Sequence record: MW749006.1
Strand: one strand, 5' to 3'
Length of the DNA stretch: 64,000 nucleotides
The notes under the pieces are model-generated. The model ran no database searches, was not told the DNA's origin, and worked only from the letters and a program-made list of their open reading frames with translations. Position numbers and translations under genes: made by a program. Position 1 is the stretch's first letter; each line of letters starts with the position of its first letter. Below, piece by piece: positions 57,226 to 64,000 of this stretch.

Positions 57226-58935
57226 ATGCAGTCGTTAGCTAGTTTCATAAAAGAAAGAACCCCTAAATTCAATAAGCAATTAGTAGAAGGATTGTGTTAC
57301 CATCGTCTTAAAGACGCTATTAGTTACATTGATCAGTTCATACGTTACAGTTGTGAACAGAAAACAGATACCAACTTACGGTACTTAGGTTTTAAAGAAG
57401 TAACACCGCAAGAAGAGTTGAAGTTCCTGTTCAATAAAAGCAATCGAGTTACGTATGATATTGCTCGTAATGACATCTACTTAGTTAAGTTCATATTTCA
57501 GTATGGAGAAGAAGAAGAGATTCGTGAATCTTACTTCTATATGCCCTTCCTAGAGAAGGGTAACTCTATGCATATGAGTGGTAATAAGTTCTTGATCTCA
57601 CCTGTACTCGCCGATAAGGTTATTAGTATAGGTGAACAGATCATCTTTATTAACATCCTTACCGCTAAGTATAGTTTTAACCGACTACACCACAACGTTT
57701 CCGTTGACGGTGCGTTCCGAAGAGTTCCTCTTGTGCTTGGGGAGTTGTATAAAAATCAGGTAAAGAAACTCCAAGATACCACAAAAGCAAAACCTACTAT
57801 CATGCATTACTTGTTAGCTAACTACGGCTACACTAAGACAATGCAAATGTTACTTGGATTTGTTCCAACACCAGTCTATGATTACACTGGAAGTGATAAG
57901 GTAGTTATTGCTAGTACAGGTTTAAAACCACGTGGGTATATTAAAGATGCTAGCATTTATGAACCTACTAAGATTAAGTTCTTAATAGATCATAGTCAGT
58001 ATAATGAAGAAGTACTTTATTGTATTGGTAATCTTTACTATGTCTTGGATAATTTCCCTGATCGTATTTCTATTGAAGAGTTAGATAACACAACTATCTG
58101 GAGATGGTTGCTTAGTGAGATTATTCACACAGGCTTACATAGTCTTAGTTATTTGAACGAAAAGATCAACGCGCACTTTAATGATCTTAGTAGTGACTTT
58201 GATATTGTTACACGTAAGAAACTTAAAGACATTGATGTAGATGTAACTAACTTAATCGAGTTGTTACTAGTGATCTTTAAGAACTTCAACAGTTGGATGT
58301 TGACTTCTAACGACCGTAACCTTTATCATAGTAAAACTTATGAAGTAGAGTCTTACGTTCTAAGCTATCTAACCTCACGTATTACACGAGCAGTGTTAGA
58401 TATTAACAAAGAAGAGATGCGCACTCAAGGTGGTCTTCTAGAAAGTAAGACTGTAGACAAGATCTTTAAGAAGTACTTTGGATTGCGTTCAGTCTTTGGT
58501 ATTCGTAAAGAGACTACTTTTGTTAGTACTGTTAACTACAGTGGAGATCACTTGTACTTTAAGAGAACTTCTATTGTATCTGAACAAGAATCTGACTTTG
58601 TAAACGTAGGAGTGAAAGAAACTAACACTTCAGAGCGTAAGAAGATTGTTGCTAGCATGGCAACTATAGGTAGTATCCTTGGTTTGTCTAAGAAGAACCC
58701 TACACCACTTATCCATTTAAACCCGTACTGTAATATAGACTATAACTCAGGAACAGTTCTACCTCATCCGCAGTATGATAACATTATTGAGTCTACAGAT
58801 AAACTGTTAGCTAACATTGGTGTTATAGATGAGATAGAAGATTTAGACACATTAGATTCTAGCTTCATGAATGAGTTTGAAGACGATGAACTAGATGATG
58901 AGTTTGAAGACGAACTTGACGAAATATCTGACTGA
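57226..58935 (+). CDS. Non-virion RNA polymerase beta subunit, N-terminal part (phiKZ gp123-like)
   Basis: YMPFL...SGNKFLISPVLAD resembles RpoB region I; synteny three genes after the capsid gene. Confidence 0.75.
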   Translation: MQSLASFIKERTPKFNKQLVEGLCYHRLKDAISYIDQFIRYSCEQKTDTNLRYLGFKEVTPQEELKFLFNKSNRVTYDIARNDIYLVKFIFQYGEEEEIRESYFYMPFLEKGNSMHMSGNKFLISPVLADKVISIGEQIIFINILTAKYSFNRLHHNVSVDGAFRRVPLVLGELYKNQVKKLQDTTKAKPTIMHYLLANYGYTKTMQMLLGFVPTPVYDYTGSDKVVIASTGLKPRGYIKDASIYEPTKIKFLIDHSQYNEEVLYCIGNLYYVLDNFPDRISIEELDNTTIWRWLLSEIIHTGLHSLSYLNEKINAHFNDLSSDFDIVTRKKLKDIDVDVTNLIELLLVIFKNFNSWMLTSNDRNLYHSKTYEVESYVLSYLTSRITRAVLDINKEEMRTQGGLLESKTVDKIFKKYFGLRSVFGIRKETTFVSTVNYSGDHLYFKRTSIVSEQESDFVNVGVKETNTSERKKIVASMATIGSILGLSKKNPTPLIHLNPYCNIDYNSGTVLPHPQYDNIIESTDKLLANIGVIDEIEDLDTLDSSFMNEFEDDELDDEFEDELDEISD

Positions 58936-58956
58936 TAAATAACTGGAGGCAACACA

Positions 58957-60339
58957 ATGTATCAGAACCCACACACTGGCATCCCAGCTCACCCACAACA
59001 GCAACAAAGACAACCAATGACACAGCAACAACAGCAACAGTGGTTACAGCAACAACAATGGATGCAGCAGCAACAAATGCAACAAATGCAAGGTCAGCAG
59101 TTTCCGCAACAAATGTATGGTCAACAACCGATGAATCCACAACAACAGTGGATGTTACAACAACAACAAATGCAGCGTCAGCAATACCCACAGCAGTTTC
59201 CACAACAAGGTCAACATGGACAACAGTTCATGCAACCAGGACAACAGCAGTTTGCTAATCAGTTTCAACAGCAACAACAATTCGCTAATCAAGAAGTGAC
59301 TGGACGCTTTGGTCAACCGACACACGGTTTCCAAGACACACCCTTAAATAAACCTACAGCTAATCGCTTTGGGTCTGGAGGCAATCAAATGCAATCACAA
59401 CAACAACAACCGATTCCACAATTCCAACCTGCACAGCAACCAATGCAGACTCAACCGCAACAACAAGTTATGTCTGCTCCTTTGAGTAATCAAAGTAACT
59501 CGTTAGTGGTAGTTCCTATGAAACACAAACGTTCTGTAAACTCTAAGTTAGTCTTTACAACTAACGTACATCAAGTTACAGAGAAAGACATGAACGCTAC
59601 TAGTTTAGATGAACCATACATTATGGAAGAATCTTTACCAGCTATCCACTCTTTCTTAACTGAGAAAGTGTATGACGAAGAGTTTGATGTCAAACCAGTT
59701 AACGTGTTTGCAGCATTACACCGTACTGTGTTTGTAGATAAGACTTTAGTAGAAATCATTGACATTCACTTCAATAAGTTAATTGAACAGTTCTATAAAG
59801 AGTTCCGTAAGTTGTTCGACTCTACAGAGACTCGTTACTCTTATGCAGTTCTTGAGTATATTGATGATCGTCTTACAGTTGAAACTAACGAGTACTTATC
59901 TATCAATAGTAAAGCAGGTGTCACTATTGATAGTTTCGTTGCTGACTTCAATGATCTAATCAAACTCTTAGCTGAGAATGACGAGAAACTTAACGAGTCT
60001 TATATTGAACACATGAGTGAGTTCCTAGAAGACTTCCGAGCTGGTAAAGATCTAGTTGCTGAAGTAGAAAAAGATATCCCTAAAGAAGATAAGCAAACTT
60101 CAGTTAGTGAAGTAGTGGTAGTTGCTTACTTAGATCGTCATGTACTTGAAACAGGTTTAGATGAAGTAGGTACTGAGTTAACTCGTATCGAGAAACATCC
60201 TAGCAATCTGTTCTTGTTAAGTATTGTGGAATTAGTAGGTGAGAAAGATGCACTTACTTTTAACTTGATGACTATGGATGGCTGTATCTTCTACGTCACT
60301 CACAGTGAACAAGGTGAAGTATACATTAAACGTGTATAA
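58957..60339 (+). CDS. Protein with Gln-rich low-complexity N-terminus
   Basis: First ~170 aa are Q/P/M/F-rich (QQQQQWLQQQQWMQQQQMQQMQ...); acidic globular C-terminus. Confidence 0.75.
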   Translation: MYQNPHTGIPAHPQQQQRQPMTQQQQQQWLQQQQWMQQQQMQQMQGQQFPQQMYGQQPMNPQQQWMLQQQQMQRQQYPQQFPQQGQHGQQFMQPGQQQFANQFQQQQQFANQEVTGRFGQPTHGFQDTPLNKPTANRFGSGGNQMQSQQQQPIPQFQPAQQPMQTQPQQQVMSAPLSNQSNSLVVVPMKHKRSVNSKLVFTTNVHQVTEKDMNATSLDEPYIMEESLPAIHSFLTEKVYDEEFDVKPVNVFAALHRTVFVDKTLVEIIDIHFNKLIEQFYKEFRKLFDSTETRYSYAVLEYIDDRLTVETNEYLSINSKAGVTIDSFVADFNDLIKLLAENDEKLNESYIEHMSEFLEDFRAGKDLVAEVEKDIPKEDKQTSVSEVVVVAYLDRHVLETGLDEVGTELTRIEKHPSNLFLLSIVELVGEKDALTFNLMTMDGCIFYVTHSEQGEVYIKRV

Positions 60340-60348
60340 CTAAAGACA

Positions 60349-60382
60349 TACACACCACCCGGCTAACGCTAGGTGGTGTGTA
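60349..60382 (+). repeat. Dispersed hairpin family member
   Basis: tacacaccacccggctaacgctaggtggtgtgta; core shared with 13300 and 60638. Confidence 0.6.
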
Positions 60383-60400
60383 CTATTGGAGTTTAAGATT

Positions 60401-60628
60401 ATGTTAGAAACAAAGATAGTTACTGTAGAACAATTAGGTGTGGATGTTAAGATTCTCACAGACGGAAAGAAAGTTCGTTTCTGGTTAAACAGTAAAGTAG
60501 GTAGTGTTCCTTCATACAGTACACCTCTAAAGAAACGCCACGACGATAAAATAGCTTACTGTTATTTCTACTGTGATAAAGGAATAGAGATAAGAGTGTA
60601 CCAAGACGGTGAAGTAATTTCTACTTAA
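60401..60628 (+). CDS. Small hypothetical protein flanked by related hairpins
   Basis: ATG 60401 with SD GGAG; 75 aa. Confidence 0.55.
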   Translation: MLETKIVTVEQLGVDVKILTDGKKVRFWLNSKVGSVPSYSTPLKKRHDDKIAYCYFYCDKGIEIRVYQDGEVIST

Positions 60629-60637
60629 CTAATAAGA

Positions 60638-60680
60638 ACCACTACCCAGCTAACGCTAGGTAGTGGTTTCTTTTTTTCTT
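60638..60680 (+). terminator. Terminator of the dispersed ACCACTACC hairpin family
   Basis: accactacccagctaacgctaggtagtggt plus a T-run. Confidence 0.7.
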
Positions 60681-60694
60681 TTCTTACAAGTAAC

Positions 60695-63244
60695 TTACCA
60701 GTTTAGATCAGCTTCGTTTTCATCAAGATCGCCTTCCTCACCACTATCATCTGTAGTGGATGTGTCTGTTGATCCCTCACCACTAACTCCACCTTCACCA
60801 TCCTGAGCTATACGAGCTAAGTCAGTGTCAGTAGCTAACTTATACTTACTCATCAAGTCTAACAACTTAGTAGAGTTACGCATAGTGCTAGATAAGTGAC
60901 CTGTGATGATGTTAAGGATAGGTTCTACCTCCTCTTCTAACTCACTAGTAATGTCCAATGCTTCAGGGAAGAAGTTGTTATCTGACATCCACTTACGTAA
61001 CAAGTAGTTCTTATAGATACTTCTAACAGAATCAATCTTACCTGATATCTCACCAGCCACTTCTGATGGGAATAACTCAGGAGAAATAATAGACTCTATT
61101 ACCTTATCCAAACCATCACGATACACTTCAAACTCCATCGACAAGTTAGCGATGTTAGTGTTATCTGGTTTAGGTAATGAGATCTCCAAGTTATCAGCAA
61201 TCACGTCAATGTAGTACTCTAAGAAAGCTTCCTTATCCTTAGCTAACAACTGCTTCTCTTCTTCCTCTAAACCTTCACCTAAACGAGCTAAGTTATCAAC
61301 CAACATCTCTTTAATCTCACCACGTAACTCTTCATCATTAAAGGTTACTATATTGATGAACTTGTGTAGATGTTTACTTAGTTTATTTTGGTAGATAGAA
61401 ATGCGTTTAGATAATAGGATATTGTTATTAACTACAGTAGTAGCAAAGTCAGGAGTAAACCCACTATCAATAGTCTCCGGTGATAAACCTAATGCAATAA
61501 TAGTTTGTTTACGTAAGTCATCTTCTAACTCTGAACTAGGTACAGTGTGTGAAAGGTTAGCGTTCTCAAAGTCTAACTTGAGGTTAGGTAGTCTTGGGTT
61601 GTTATCGTAACTAAACTGTAGACCAGCTCTCTGAATCCAGTTAACGAGGTCTACTGGGTTATTGATACCTAAGGGTAGGAAGTTCTGACGAAGCTTAAGA
61701 ACAGAGTCCTGGACCTGTTCAATGGTCTTCTCAGGATCAGGATCATTAGGATCTAACGATACGTTTACTTTAGTTACATCAATAGACTGTTTAGCGTGTG
61801 CCATGATCTTAGAGAATAGTAAGATAGCACGTAAGCTAGATAGAACAGATAGATCTTCTAACAAAGACTTACCAGTACCAATGTCTGTATATTGAAACGC
61901 ATAGTAAACAACTAACTCTCGTGGTACATATAACAAGCTAGTACGTTGATCGGCTAAAGCTCGCATAAACATTAGAAAGTAAATGTCATTCTTGTTAGCA
62001 ATCTCTACGTCAGTTCCATATAAACTAGACTTAATAGAACCATAGATCTCCTTCTCAAGAACATCCTTATACATATCAAACAAACCATTAACATCTAGGT
62101 TAGAGTTCTGATCAGATACAAGGTTGTTGTAAGCCTTCTGAGTGGGAGTTAAGCTAGCACCTGGGTTCATACTCATCATAGTGTTAACTTGCTTAAGAGA
62201 GTTATCACCAGCCTCTAGGTTAAGAGGACGACCTGACTCATCTAACAAAACAAAGTAACCTAAATGTTCAGCACGATCACCTGGAACAAACACTGGAATG
62301 ATAGACTCAGTGGGAATCTTCATTACCATAGGACGACCCATAGACTTACGAGCAGTAGCGTCTTTCTGTTTAATGAACTCAATCGACTTACCAGAAGGAG
62401 TAGATTGTTTATTACGGAAGATATCTAAGTACTGGATCTTGTCACGTGTCTCCATAGACACTCCAACACCACCACGCATTGAGTTACGAATCAATTTAGA
62501 GTTGATGTCATCTCGTATACAACTAAAACGTAAGATGTTAGTGTTGTCAGTTACATGGATCAGTTTGTTAGATACTAAGTTATTACAAATACCTTCAAAT
62601 GAGACTTCTGGTTTATCAACACCGTTCTTAATAATACTAGTCATGTTAATAGGGCTAACTAGATTACGAACTAACTGTTCAGCCCGGTTGTTGAAGTCTT
62701 CAGTTGAGTAGGTAGTAACTAAGTCAGAGTTAATGACTTCATCTACAGAGGCTTCAGGGATGATTACCTGTACATAAGCTCCTGAGTCAAACAACGCCTC
62801 ACGAATGATATCAGGGAGTTTATCCTCTAACTCATAGTGATCATTAGCGTGGTTCTTAATCGTCTCTAGAACGTCTGCTAAGATAGCTGGATCATTCTTA
62901 AAGTCTTTACTTAGTTTGTAGTTGAGTTGAATGTCAGTCATCTTCTTAGGTGAAAGAATAGAACTCACAATAACCTGAATAGCTAATTCGATATCAGGGA
63001 ACAACTTAATAATGTTCTTATTGTTTTCCTTGAGGGATTTAATTCTAAGATGAATATCCTCCAAGATACTACGATTAATCTCAAAGTTATCTTCTTCAAT
63101 GTTAGAAGCAACTTCAGGACGGGATGTTAACTTAGAAATAACCGGAATAGCCTTTGGGTTACTCTCGATGATCTTCTTAGCTGCAACGCGTTTACTTTTG
63201 TTCTTACCGATGATATCTATAAGACTATTGGGGTTAATAGGCAT
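60695..63244 (-). CDS. Portal protein (phiKZ gp129-like)
   Basis: 849 aa; LFPDIELAIQVIVSSILSP and YFVLLDESGRP motifs; acidic tail; synteny. Confidence 0.75.
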   Translation of the reverse strand: MPINPNSLIDIIGKNKSKRVAAKKIIESNPKAIPVISKLTSRPEVASNIEEDNFEINRSILEDIHLRIKSLKENNKNIIKLFPDIELAIQVIVSSILSPKKMTDIQLNYKLSKDFKNDPAILADVLETIKNHANDHYELEDKLPDIIREALFDSGAYVQVIIPEASVDEVINSDLVTTYSTEDFNNRAEQLVRNLVSPINMTSIIKNGVDKPEVSFEGICNNLVSNKLIHVTDNTNILRFSCIRDDINSKLIRNSMRGGVGVSMETRDKIQYLDIFRNKQSTPSGKSIEFIKQKDATARKSMGRPMVMKIPTESIIPVFVPGDRAEHLGYFVLLDESGRPLNLEAGDNSLKQVNTMMSMNPGASLTPTQKAYNNLVSDQNSNLDVNGLFDMYKDVLEKEIYGSIKSSLYGTDVEIANKNDIYFLMFMRALADQRTSLLYVPRELVVYYAFQYTDIGTGKSLLEDLSVLSSLRAILLFSKIMAHAKQSIDVTKVNVSLDPNDPDPEKTIEQVQDSVLKLRQNFLPLGINNPVDLVNWIQRAGLQFSYDNNPRLPNLKLDFENANLSHTVPSSELEDDLRKQTIIALGLSPETIDSGFTPDFATTVVNNNILLSKRISIYQNKLSKHLHKFINIVTFNDEELRGEIKEMLVDNLARLGEGLEEEEKQLLAKDKEAFLEYYIDVIADNLEISLPKPDNTNIANLSMEFEVYRDGLDKVIESIISPELFPSEVAGEISGKIDSVRSIYKNYLLRKWMSDNNFFPEALDITSELEEEVEPILNIITGHLSSTMRNSTKLLDLMSKYKLATDTDLARIAQDGEGGVSGEGSTDTSTTDDSGEEGDLDENEADLNW

Positions 63245-63363
63245 CTGTTTTACTCCTGTTGAGTTTCAAACGATTTTAGGTATAGTTTAAAAGCAATACT
63301 AGGGAATTGAATTTAGTGGTTACTAGAATACCTATTTGGTTAAGAGTTTTAGGAGAACGAATC

Positions 63364-64000
63364 ATGCGTATTAAAAGTTATGTAGACGGTGGACATGCCG
63401 GACAAGGTATCTTCACTTCACAAGGTGCAAGTCTTACTGGTCCATTGATTCTAGCTGGTGATCCAGTAGAACCTATGGAAGCTACTAGTAAGCAATATGT
63501 AGATCAGAACAATCAAGATTTAATTAGTCAAGGTGTTACTGCTGAGGGTTTTGTTAAAGGTGGAGTTGCACCTGCTGTGTTACCAGCGTTTAGTGGTGAT
63601 GTAAGTAACGTTCAAGGTAGTAATGTATTTAACTTACCTGAGTCAGGTGTTATGTCTGGCACTTATCCTAAGGTAGAAGTTAATGCTAAAGGTTTAGTTG
63701 TTGATGGTGGTTCTTTACTTGAGACTGATATCCCTACGTTACCTTGGGGTAAGATCACAAGTGGTCGTCCTACCAGTGTTAGTGGTTTAGGTATTGAAGA
63801 CTTACTTGGTTATGAAGGTGGTGAGCTAACAGGATTGATGGAAGCACATGCTGATCCAGTGAGCCCTAAGAACCCAAGTACTGTTGGTTACATTCGTGGT
63901 AAAGCTGAAACCTATCCTGATATTTTACAAGTAGGAGATATTATTGAGAAACCAACTATCGTGACTCCGTTTGGGTTTTTGAAAGCTAATGGTGGTTTAG
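63364..64000 (+). CDS. Tail fibre protein, paralog of 2227-4074 (3'-truncated by the window)
   Basis: MRIKSYVDGGHAG...LTGPLILAGDPVEPMEATSKQYVD...; collar start VGDIIEKP...TPFGFLKANG at the window end. Confidence 0.7.
   Translation, partial: MRIKSYVDGGHAGQGIFTSQGASLTGPLILAGDPVEPMEATSKQYVDQNNQDLISQGVTAEGFVKGGVAPAVLPAFSGDVSNVQGSNVFNLPESGVMSGTYPKVEVNAKGLVVDGGSLLETDIPTLPWGKITSGRPTSVSGLGIEDLLGYEGGELTGLMEAHADPVSPKNPSTVGYIRGKAETYPDILQVGDIIEKPTIVTPFGFLKANGGL

Noticed and set aside
1-64000. Genome-wide stop-codon reassignment (TAG recoding)
   Set aside because: Core genes are long and open in the standard code, and many end in TAG followed by SD-led genes. Only one in-frame amber was found.
1-64000. 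CRISPR array or diversity-generating retroelement
   Set aside because: No regularly spaced repeats, no reverse transcriptase, and no TR/VR pair differing at adenines were seen.

Overview
This window is a 64-kb segment of an AT-rich phiKZ-like (Chimalliviridae-type) jumbo phage genome. Core genes recognised from motifs and recalled phiKZ synteny: a virion RNAP beta C-terminal subunit, a non-virion RNAP beta subunit, both halves of the split family-B DNA polymerase, UvsX/RecA, the major capsid protein, portal, baseplate/spike/hub proteins, two paralogous tail-fibre genes and a block of protease-processed inner-head proteins. Accessory elements are inserted among them. (i) An IS200/IS605-type element at the left edge encodes an intact IsrB RNA-guided nickase plus omegaRNA, with a guide position that falls on the 3' end of the phage RNAP gene. 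(ii) A probable -1 programmed frameshift (T TTT TTA) fuses a 567-aa protein to a start-less downstream frame. (iii) A ~6.6-kb island holds two tRNAs, a DUF4326-NADAR-like fusion, an unassigned ~310-nt structured RNA with terminator/antiterminator alternatives, and a free-standing intein-like ORF that has lost all catalytic residues. (iv) There are recurrent promoter motifs and a covarying AUACA-loop leader hairpin. No CRISPR array or rRNA was seen. All homology calls are from motif recognition and recollection, not database searches.
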